Under the pieces are notes generated by a model that saw only the letters and a list, made by a program, of their open reading frames with translations, searched no databases and was not told where the DNA came from. Position numbers and translations under genes: made by a program. This document shows positions 32,502-42,587 of a DNA stretch of 64,000 bases, piece after piece (position 1 is the first letter of the stretch; every line of letters begins with the position of its first letter). Location of the stretch: IMG/VR virus record IMGVR_UViG_3300031539_000007, positions 32,001-96,000 of that record. One strand, written 5' to 3'. This DNA is from a virus.

Positions 32502-32747
32502 TGTTCACCTCTGACTATATCCACATATTCACATCACAACAATAAAAATCCACACAAACTCACACACGAGCATCGCCGATACTGCCAAAAACGGCCTATC
32601 AATATCTGCCGCGAAGTACAGGAATAGTCCGGCGATTGCCCCCGTTCCAAGAAACAGCAAACTCACAACGACAAAGAATACGGGGATGGACAGGATATAT
32701 AGAATCGCCCTAGCAATATATTTCATAGTATCACCTGCCTTGGTTAA

Positions 32748-32775
32748 AGTATAGCACCACTTGGTGTAATGTCAA
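32748..32775 (-). promoter_or_regulatory. Sigma70-type promoter for the membrane/FtsK operon
   Basis: TTGACA-ttacaccaagtggTGc-TATACT on the minus strand. Confidence 0.75.
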
Positions 32776-33920
32776 GTTGGTTCGCGCCTTTGGTTTTTCG
32801 CTACAACACCGCGATAGCCGCGATGACAGCGAACAAGAAAAACAATAAACCCACGCCCAACATAACGCATCCCAACATTCGCGCACCGTGATTGTTTGTG
32901 TCACCCATGCCACACCCCCACGGTCTTCGCCCAATGATGCTCTGCCTGTTCCAGAGCCGCCTCTTCGGGAATCTCTTTGAAGAAATGCAATACCGTGATG
33001 TACTGGTCGCTAATATTCTTATGCGCCAGCGATGCCCACACCACTGGGTGCATGTCCTTCACAATGATATTCTGCACTGGTGCTTGTTTTGCGCCAAGCA
33101 TTCGCATCTCATAGACAACGAAGTGATACACGTCAGTTACCATCAGTACCCCCAAGAGAATCTTCAATATCCATTACCAACATTTCAGACTCCTTATCTT
33201 GCCCAAGAAACTCTTTCTCGACTTTCTCAATGTAGCGCACTGCATGCTCAAGAACCCCGCGATCTACAATCACTGGATCGCCAAGATTCTTTGAATGGGG
33301 AGTGTTCAATGCGGCTTCGCGGTAGCGTATATAATCATACACTACGTTTACAATTTCGCGCAACTCACTTACGTCTATTGAGAACGATGGCTCAGACCAC
33401 AGAATCTCGAAAGTCATTGTGCCGTCATCGTCAACTGTGATGCGCACGGCGTCGAACTCGATTGTCATCTTGTCACCGCGATGCTCAAGGAATTCGGATT
33501 TAGTTACCATTGGCATCTCCTGTTATTTTACAAATTGCGCACCGTGAAACCAGAGGCCCGGCCTCTGTATATACACACTCTTGATAGTCTGAGCAGTTAT
33601 GCCCTTCAACCGCAACGGCTTTGTCGTATGAGAAAGGGCTGCACACATGAATCTTCTCGCCGCAATACTCAGACGGAGACACAACCTCTCTGCAACTTAG
33701 ACAAACAAACGTTACCACTTGGGAATCTCCTTTCTACTCAACTATGAGTAGGATTGAACAATAGCAGCGATCTCCACCAGTTGCTCTGCCGTGAAATGCA
33801 CCACGCCGTTCGCACCCTTGATGTTCACGAACACCGCGCCATCAGCAGCGACGGCGAAGAACGCTACGCACTCACCGGCGTCGTTCAAGATGTTGATGTA
33901 TGGACTGCTGAATGAGAGTT

Positions 33921-34694
33921 TCATAGCGCAACCCCAGCAGACCGCAATAGTTTCAGTTTGTTCGCCACGGTTGTCCGACTGTAACCAGAGATTTCTGCTA
34001 GTAAAGACTGGGTTGCATCTGGATGCACAGAGATTGCATCGAACACCGCTTTGGTTACACTGTCCAGCAATAAGTTGTCAAGAACTTGCTTTTGTAAATC
34101 TTCAACACTTGGTTGCGCAACCTCTGGTTTCGTTTCTCGCCTGGAAGGTTTCGAGCCATCGGCATCTTCTTTCTTGCGGTTGCGTTCGCGCATCTTGAAT
34201 TCATGCTCACCTTCATTCCACTTTTCCCATCTTTCATCAAAGCTCGCATTGTAAAAGCCGAACTCCATTATGCCAGCATAGAAGTCAACCCCTGAGCACA
34301 ACAGAAGCACGAGCGGCCCGTTTGCGCGCACCCACAGCAACCACCATGCTGGCATATCGGCTAATGACACATAGACGACGAATAGATTTCCGAGTGTGGC
34401 GGCAAGTGAAACAAACAGCCCTACCCAGTCGAAAGCGTTGGTTTCATTGGCCCTAGACTTACGAAAAACCTCTGCCGCCGCCGCAAGCGTACCCGCCTCC
34501 CCGCCGAACACCATCAGCGCACTACCAAGAGCGTGCCCGTTTAGTTGTGCCATCCCTGGCACGAAAGCGTTGTGGGCATAGACAACCACGCCGACGCTAT
34601 AGACGATGGCTGGCAACAGCAATGCCCACCACGCGAATCCGTGGCGTTTGGGTTCTGGCTTCCAGTATTCAAGTTCTATATTCGGCATACTCAC
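33921..34694 (-). CDS. Membrane protein (about 4 TM) with coiled coil and C-terminal HTH
   Basis: Hydrophobic N-terminal half; ATQSLLAEISGYSRTTVANKLKLL at the C-terminus. Confidence 0.65.
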   Translation of the reverse strand: MSMPNIELEYWKPEPKRHGFAWWALLLPAIVYSVGVVVYAHNAFVPGMAQLNGHALGSALMVFGGEAGTLAAAAEVFRKSRANETNAFDWVGLFVSLAATLGNLFVVYVSLADMPAWWLLWVRANGPLVLLLCSGVDFYAGIMEFGFYNASFDERWEKWNEGEHEFKMRERNRKKEDADGSKPSRRETKPEVAQPSVEDLQKQVLDNLLLDSVTKAVFDAISVHPDATQSLLAEISGYSRTTVANKLKLLRSAGVAL

Positions 34695-35915
34695 TCCTGC
34701 TCAAAGACGACTAGAGCACTCCGACAAGTGCGTTCACGAGCGCCCCGCCCAATACACCGATAAGTGTTCCAATAACCGCAATTGCCAATAAAGCTACTGC
34801 CACTTTCATTGTTTTCCTCCTACTCAAAGATGAGTTGAACCCGTCAGTTTCCAATACGCTCTCTAAAAATACCCAACCATCGCCAATGACAGTTTGTGCA
34901 TCAGGGTCATCGTCTTGGCACAGACAACTACAAATAGGCCACCCGCACCCAGGGCAGGGCGTCTCGTCAACCAGTCCTGATTCCGTGACATAAGTAGGCA
35001 TTGTTGTATCTCCTTAGTCAAGTACGCTTATTACATCCGACTGAACCACACCCTCTTCATCAATATTCCCAACTAAAACCAAGTCAATGTACAGATCGTA
35101 CCCCACGCCCTTTGCCGCGTTACGGCAAGCGTCTAGCATCGGTCTGTAAAACTCCTCGATGTCGAACAACGATCCCTTGATTGTGCCATACACGATGCCG
35201 CGCGCTGTCCCCACATAATCGGCGTACACATACATTGCCTCAGCGACGGCGCGGGTGGCGTCATGGTCGTATATGAAGCTAGTTATAAATGTGTTCTCGC
35301 TCACTGTTCCCCACCGGCGAACCTGTCCTTAGCCTCTCTCGCAGACTTCCCGTGCATCTCGGCGTACTCTTCCCATAGCTCGCCGTGGAACGGCCCGAAC
35401 GCCCTGTCTACAGGCTCGTATGGGTCTGGCCCTATCCTCAGCCACCAGTCACGGCAGAGGTTACAACGACACCAGTATTTGTGGTTAGATGCGGCCACAA
35501 ACGATTCGCCAACCATGCCCGCGAAATACTGCTGTACATCTTTCAAGTCTGTCATTTTCTCATCGCCTCCCGAATCTCGTCCTGGCTCATGCCCTGCGAC
35601 TCGCCACTACCGCCGAATAACAGCCACACAACAATCCAGAGCAGCACGGCACACGCGCCGCCACCAAAAATAATAGCCATCAGCATTGTGAGCATGTTTT
35701 CCATTAGTCCCCGCCTTGGCACACTGTCTGTGTACAATAGTTGTTCGGTTCAGCCATCCCCGACTCTCTGAACTCCTTGCGGCAGCGAGACACGCAGCCG
35801 TCACCGCACCCCGAAAGCACAACCACGAATACTAGCAACATCAATAGCCTTCTCACTGACAACCCCCTTTACGCACTTTTAAGACCTAACTACACATACG
35901 GGTAGTTTAGTACAC

Positions 35916-36137
35916 CTACTCGCCACTTCCCTCAATCTCTGCTTCCCTGGCAACAATCTCAGCGCCACGGCCTGTCCTGTACGGGTAGATGGGGCACTTG
36001 TAATCCCAACATTTGCGTACCTCGTATTCCATGAACCCGCTACAATCCACGCACTTCAAGTGGATCGCTTTCGCCCGCGTGAGCATGACTTCTCTCGTCC
36101 CGCCGTCCTTCGTCCTGATGGTGTGCTTAATCGCCAT
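35916..36137 (-). CDS. Small Cys-rich putative zinc-binding phage protein
   Basis: KAI..KC.DCS...EV.KC....CP.YPYR.G. Confidence 0.6.
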   Translation of the reverse strand: MAIKHTIRTKDGGTREVMLTRAKAIHLKCVDCSGFMEYEVRKCWDYKCPIYPYRTGRGAEIVAREAEIEGSGE

Positions 36138-36600
36138 CGTCTAGCCTCACGACTACATCCCACTCAGGATTATCGGTGAGCCATTCGTCGGCCCACTCTT
36201 GTGAATCGAACTGAATGAGCGACATGGTATTGAGCTGGTGCTTGATAACGTATGTTGGCAAGCTGTAGCAGTTTCCCCATGCCTGCACGCAACCCATGTG
36301 TGTTTCGATATTCAGATAAGCGCGACCACCAGTAGTGCTTCTCGCCTGAGCCTTGTTACCACAATCAATCGCCATCCTTATCCTCCTTCACCCAGAACCC
36401 ATCTACTGATTCTATAGACCGACAGTACCTAATGTAATTCTTGGCAAACAATGGAACTAGCAATCTCCAGAACCATCTGCCAGGGAATAGACCCAAGTGT
36501 TGAGCGTATAGCCAAGTCCATACTATTTTCTGCCTTGTGGTAATCCCCCATCCAGCGAGCTTCTTGTTTCTAACATGCCAAATGAAATCTTTCCAGGTTT

Positions 36601-37155
36601 TCACACGCCCCCCAACGCCTCTATGACAATATCTCTTGGTAAGAAGTCGCTACAGAAGTAGCCACTGCTGAATGTGGTCTTCTTACTAACCGCCCCATTT
36701 ACCAAAAAATGCACCCGTTTGTCAAACATCAACAACTGCATCTGCCGTCCGGCCTCTTTGAAGACCCATTTGCTATACTTGTCATTCAACCAGGTCAAGG
36801 CCATTAGCAGGCACACCGGCTTCCCAAAGCCCAGCGCCCGCTCGAATGTTTGTCGCTTTCTACTGAACGGGGGGTTGCTGATAATGCAATCCCATTCGTC
36901 TGGTTCGTGCTCATGGAAGTCTTGCCCGTTATCAATATGGCTATGCACAACCCTGTTTGTCAAACCGATCTGCCGTACATACTCGCTGTCAGCAGTATCA
37001 AATGGACACCACACTATCCAATCACTACGAATGTACTTCAACACCGGCGCTACTGCATACGCTGGCGTGTAGCACTCGTCTTGTACAGTGCGTCTATATA
37101 ACAAATTATGGCTGTCCATCGTCCAACCTCCAATCTCCATGTATTCTACACCCAC
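36601..37155 (-). CDS. Small adenine-specific methyltransferase
   Basis: DECYTP, VWCPFD, SHI..GQDF, IISNPPFS. Confidence 0.75.
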   Translation of the reverse strand: MGVEYMEIGGWTMDSHNLLYRRTVQDECYTPAYAVAPVLKYIRSDWIVWCPFDTADSEYVRQIGLTNRVVHSHIDNGQDFHEHEPDEWDCIISNPPFSRKRQTFERALGFGKPVCLLMALTWLNDKYSKWVFKEAGRQMQLLMFDKRVHFLVNGAVSKKTTFSSGYFCSDFLPRDIVIEALGGV

Positions 37156-37208
37156 AAACCTTTATCGGACAGTGACGAATGTAACGTCAAGTACGAATGG
37201 ATGTCATT

Positions 37209-40010
37209 TTATTCTCTGCGCCTGTGCCACTCGGCAGACCATTCCTTGGTAGGATTCCACTCGCTACACATCCAGCAATAAGAGCCGTCAGGATAATAGC
37301 CCATACGCCAGGCAATCTCGTCCGTGACGCTGCCGTCGCCACACAACGCTTCCCCAAGCGCCAGTTCTATCTCGCAGTCTGGCAGTGCATCAGGGCCAAG
37401 CCGGTGCGCGCCCTTCGTACACCTGTCGCAGTTAGCCCCTACCCAGTCCATGTACTGTGTGCCATTGCTGAACGGTCTCATGTCGTCAATCTCCCTTCCT
37501 TGGATCAAAGCCTAGACAATTCCTTCCACAAGTCAGCATACTCTTGCAGAACTTCTCTGGCGGCATCTTCCCAACTACTGGATGCGCGAGCGTGGATGAC
37601 GGGAGTAGTAGCGTCGGAGGAGCCCAAGTTAAAACTGTCATTCGTGGCTAGGTTTTCTATTTCAACGCTCGTCGTTTGAGACGACGGGCCAGGATAGATA
37701 TTCTCGTACTGGTTAATCTCTGTCTCGTCTGTTTGCATTGCACCGCCTTCCATTATAAGTATCCCCTCCTACGTTAATCTATCTTAGAAGGATTAGCGCA
37801 GTCCAATTCACCTGGTTCCACACGGGCTATCAGCCGTACCAGTTCGCACGGCTCTGGCTCCCACTCGCCGTCAGGGTTCATGAACTCGTAGCCGCCAGGT
37901 ACGCATCGCACTATCCCCATATACTCCCCCGCGTCAATTACAACAACCCGCGCGTCTACTATCCGTTGCAATTCTTCCAAGAGCCTTGTGTCTAGCATGC
38001 GTCTAAACCCGCCTTCCCCTGCTCACAAGATAACCGCCGCCATACAGCGTACTCGTTAGGTACGGCAGCCCATACATAGAACGCCCTCTCTAACAGCCTC
38101 TCCAACTGAGCGGCAGAAGGCTCACTCCTCAGTTGCTCACTCAGCGCTTCTACTAATAGAAACATCCGCCCGTCAATCAGCCGCAGCGCGTAGCCGTCTT
38201 CTTGGAGTTCGCTTCCGTTCATCTATACCCCCAAATCAGAATGGAATTTCGGTATCATCATCGTCTGTGCGTGCCGTCAGGTAGCATCGGGGCTTCCCGT
38301 AATGCGCCAGGTCAATCCCGCAGTTATAACTACATACAGGGTTTGCGGAGTCTCTCCGAACCCAGACTTTTTGACCGCACCAAGCACACCTCTCCAGCGC
38401 CGGGCGGCTTTGCCACCATTTAACCAACGCCCCACATAAATCGCGGATACTCCCAAGCGTCACCTCTGTTCTCATCGCCCCTCCTTTTGTGCTTCCACCA
38501 GTTCGACCGTAATAAGCTCCCAGCCTAACGGATACGCTGTGTAGCGGCGTTTCGCCCTGTCCGCTGCATAGCCAGTCACCAAGCGATCCAGCGCAGCTCT
38601 CGCCAACCCCTCGTCCAATGTCGCGTATACTATCTCGCATGGTTCGTAGTCCATGTCAGTGAAATTGTTCCCGTATACCGTCTCTTGTATCAAGTACACC
38701 ACCGCCATTGTCTACCCCTTGTCTTGTTCGTCGTTTGCCACGATCAACTTGAAAAGCGCAAACTGATATTCGTATATGTTGACTTGCAATTGCGCGATAG
38801 CCAACCGCAAGGTGTCTTCTGTAAACCAGCACGGCGCGCCGTCCAGCTCAACTAGGATTCTGCCGTCTGTAATGGTTAATATTCTGATGTCCATTCTACC
38901 CCCCTTGTCTTTAGCATACGTGAAAACCTGTCTTAAAACCCACCTACCCACCAACTAACCACGATTTTCCCGCTCATTTCGGCTTCGATTTCTACGTATG
39001 CCTGGGCCGGTAGCTCGTCGTCTACATCTATCTGTGCCCAAGTGCAATCGTCAAATAGGATCACTATCGTTCTCATCGCCCGTCCTCCTCGGTTGTCAAG
39101 TCTGCGGCGCTCGTTGTCGGGCGTGCCCACCACTGCCTCCCGATCAATGCCTCAACCGCATCAAGCGCCTCAATCATTGCTGTTGCCGCGTCGCTGATCG
39201 CGCCCACTTTCGCGTTATGCTCATCGAGGCCACAATTGCACTCAGTATCGTGGCCGCAATAATCCGGGCTTTTCGGGCACGAGTACCAGCAGTCCTCATC
39301 TAATGAAGAATGCACACGTCGCCGCAGCGACTCGATTGTTGCAAGTAGATCGTAGGTCATCGCCCCTCCTTCGTGTCTGTCAAATCTGGAAGTAGCGCTC
39401 CGCACATTTCGCAGTATGGACAGTGCTCTTCGCCACCTGGCAACTCGTCTGGTTCAAAGTAATGTTGGTAGCCGCACCCACGGCACTCTATCGATATCAG
39501 TACGTTGTTCATCGCCCCTCCTCCTGTCTGTTACGTCCATTCTATCACACTCGCCGTTTCTACCAAGTGTCATTTGTCACCCCTCCCTACGCTGAATGTT
39601 ATCCCAGGTCACGTGAAAACCGCACTCGCCCTTCCCTCAACCGTGTACGCATTGCTGTTCTTCGCCCTCGCCCGTGCCCCAAATTCGTACACGTAGCTAC
39701 CATGATATACCCTGGTGTTGAATGTGCGAAACCCTGTGAATGCTTTGTTACCAACAATTCTTAGAACTGGAAACAGTGCATTCTCTGGACTCATCAAAGG
39801 ATTGTGTACCCTGATAATATCCCCTACTTGCAATCTGTCCGCCCCCCCCCTTGTCTTTAGTATAAGCAACCTAAGCACCTCGTAATCAGCATAGTCCCCC
39901 GCCGTCCCATACGCATCAAGCCACTGTAGCTCTTCGTCGTCCCTGTCGTATGGCGTTCCGTCACCACCCTCTTCGGCTATCGCTATCATCGGGTCGTCGT
40001 AGTACATCAT
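37209..40010 (-). other. Cluster of small hypothetical genes
   Basis: Consecutive coupled minus-strand ORFs with GGAGG RBSs. Confidence 0.55.
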
Positions 40011-40144
40011 CCGTTACCCCCCTTTGTCTTTAGTATACGTCTAAACCGCACCCGCCCGCCCGCCTGAGTTCTCCGTGTGTACCCGTTAGGCGTAAAACCG
40101 CCGCTTTCCGCGCGCCTGTGCGCCCAGGCAGGCAGTCTCCCACC

Positions 40145-40172
40145 AGTATAGCACGTACAAGTGTAATGTCAA
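40145..40172 (-). promoter_or_regulatory. Leftward sigma70-type promoter
   Basis: TTGACA-ttacacttgtacgTGc-TATACT; nearly the same sequence as the 32748-32775 promoter. Confidence 0.75.
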
Positions 40173-40493
40173 ATGAGATTCGTGGATTTGTTGGTGGCGA
40201 GATGACCGTATTACGCAGGGCAAGTTTTCGCTCAATGATTCGACGTGGGGGAGGTGGCCCGTACAATTGTACATCTTCAGACTATATGCATTATGACAAG
40301 TAATCGGACATATTCGGACATTCTACGTATTGTGGCACATCATAGCATAGCATATCATACTATATTCTAACCACAACCGCATGGTCAAGCACTGCAAAGT
40401 TGGATTGTTAGAATTAAAGCACGCTCATAAGTTATTGCACAGTTAGAATCTCATCCGCCAGGTGCATCTCACGCCCGCAGAGCCACCCTTACG

Positions 40494-40593
40494 CGTAAGT
40501 GACTTACGGCGTGGGTTGTAATTGACTTACGCAGGTGTGTGTAATTGACTTACGTATGCTGGCGCTTACGGCGCTGGTTGTAATTGGCTTACG
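40494..40593. repeat. Iteron-like repeats (C/T)GTAA(G/T)TG(A/G)CTTACG, mostly 23-bp period
   Basis: Copies at 40494, 40517, 40540 and 40579, plus a partial GCTTACG ending at 40570. Confidence 0.75.
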
Positions 40594-40808
40594 TGTGGTG
40601 GTTGTGGGTACAATTGCAGCATAGGCAACGCGCCACAAGGCCCTACAATGCCACTGTGGTGCATTCTAAGGCGCTGGCGTGGCATACAGGCATGTTGCTA
40701 TGCTATCGCTCCACAAGCAGTGTGGGCTCGATTTGCAATTTAGTTTGAGCGTGCTTATCGGTGGTGCTCAAAACAGATTGCGTTTCATTATAATGGAAAC
40801 GAGGAGTC

Positions 40809-40914
40809 AAACCACTACCGGTAGTGGTTTTGCAATATAGGCTCCCGTGGTCATAACTTTCGGCATGCTTTTAAGGTCGAGTTTCAAAAGTCGCTTACCC
40901 ACTACCGGTAGTGG
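40809..40914. repeat. Two copies of palindrome CCACTACCGGTAGTGG
   Basis: 22-bp perfect palindrome at 40809-40830 and 16-bp copy at 40899-40914. Confidence 0.85.
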
Positions 40915-40994
40915 TTCGGCGATTCACAAACCCTAGATGTGGTGGCCCTGCAATACAATGTCGCAAGGCAACTGCCATAGCAATACTAGCGTGT

Positions 40995-41022
40995 TTGACA
41001 TCTTCGCAGCGTCGCTTATAGT
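40995..41022 (+). promoter_or_regulatory. Rightward sigma70-type promoter heading the early-like region
   Basis: TTGACA-N16-TATAGT. Confidence 0.65.
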
Positions 41023-41906
41023 TAGAGTAGAAATTTTGATGAGTCGAGAGAGGCAAGGGGAGCAAGCAATGGCAACGATAGATAGAACCAGAGGCAAGGC
41101 AGCGGGTAAGGGCAAGGCAAGCAAAGCAAACCCGGTGGTTACCATAAGTAATGAGACTGTAGCATACTGGCAAGGGCGTTTAGATGATACACTGCGCACA
41201 ACTGGCAAGCACACCTTCTCACGTGGCGAGAAGCAAGGGATAAAAGAAGATCGCTTCTTTACCCGGTCTGGTGAAGATAACTATCGTAGGCCATTCGGTA
41301 CATTCGCACAGGAGTGAACTATGATAACTATAACGGCAGAAAAGGTAAGCGGAGATCTAGAAACTGCCATACTATATTGTACATACGCTGCACAATACTA
41401 CTCACATTGTCCATTCTGTATAAATGGACAGATACAGGAATATAGATATTTTAACAGCGACTTCCCGCAACACTTGCGGGAGAAGCTTATGCGAATTTTA
41501 CGCAAACTGTAACAATCTGGAACTAGTCCAGATTGCAATTCCCTCACATATAGGAGCTATTGAAATGAAACAGGTAATTTTGGCAATCGCGGTTGTAGTT
41601 ATTATGTTGACGTTAGCTTCACCAGTGCTTGCGTTTGACAACGCTTCGGATAATACAGTGTGCTCCTGCCCGAAGGGGAAGTGGTTCTGCTGGTGTCCAG
41701 TAAGCACATGGACGCCCGGAGCTATTAAACTGGGTGGCGCAACATGGTTTAAGAAAGTCTCCAAGTGGGCTTGGAACCTGGGGAAATAACTTACCACGTG
41801 GTACTCTAACATAGAGTATCACCCTATACCATACAGCATAACGTTGTATGGTATAGGGTGGTATTTTACGATCAAATTAACTTCCATAACACTATAGGAG
41901 ATTGCA

Positions 41907-42404
41907 ATGTTTCAAAATCAGGTGCGTCAACTAAAATCCGTAACAAAAAACGTCAACAAAGGCCAGGCGAAAGCCGCTGTTATCTTTGCGCAAGTCAAAA
42001 CGCAGTTTCATGACGTGAAAAAGGCCAACCGGGTCAAGTGGGAGTTCTCCAATTTCTCCGAGTTTGTCACGGCAACCGGTTGGGCTCCCTCCACTGCTTA
42101 CCAGTTGGCCCGTTGGGGGGCTAACGGTGGTGAACTCGCAGCATTAGCAGTGTACGGAATCCAACACATGCAGGCGTTTGATACTGTTCGCGAGTGTACC
42201 ACGCTTGACGCTTTCCTGGAAAAGTGTGAAGAGTTCCCGAACCCTTCGGATATTGGTGAACTGAAGTCATGGGCAGAAAGTGTGCAAGGCAAGGTTACAG
42301 ATAGGGAAAGCTTGGAGCGCGACATCGCCAATCTGGAGAAGTCTATCGTGAATTTTACCGCGAAGCTTGCCGAAAAGAAAGCCCTACTAGCGGCCCTCCA
42401 GTAA
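41907..42404 (+). CDS. Putative HTH DNA-binding protein with C-terminal coiled coil (DUF3102-like pattern)
   Basis: W.F.NFSEFV..TGW.PSTAYQL.R helix-turn-helix-like segment; heptad tail LERDIANLEKSIVNFTAKLAEKKALL; RBS AGGAG. Confidence 0.55.
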   Translation: MFQNQVRQLKSVTKNVNKGQAKAAVIFAQVKTQFHDVKKANRVKWEFSNFSEFVTATGWAPSTAYQLARWGANGGELAALAVYGIQHMQAFDTVRECTTLDAFLEKCEEFPNPSDIGELKSWAESVQGKVTDRESLERDIANLEKSIVNFTAKLAEKKALLAALQ

Positions 42405-42587
42405 AAAAACAAATAGCGCGCCTTCCCTATGGGAGGCTATGCGGCCCAGCGTGAAAATACTGGACAAACGACACGGGCACATGATCATGTGCCCGTGGTC
42501 ATTCTATGCTATGGACTACGAAAGTGTTCTATGGTATAGAATGGCGCATGGTATTGTACCATGACGCGCGCCTGCAAGGGGAAAAAA

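Noticed and set aside
40040-40140. Known riboswitch in the leftward leader
   Set aside because: GC-rich and foldable, but I could not match a known consensus.
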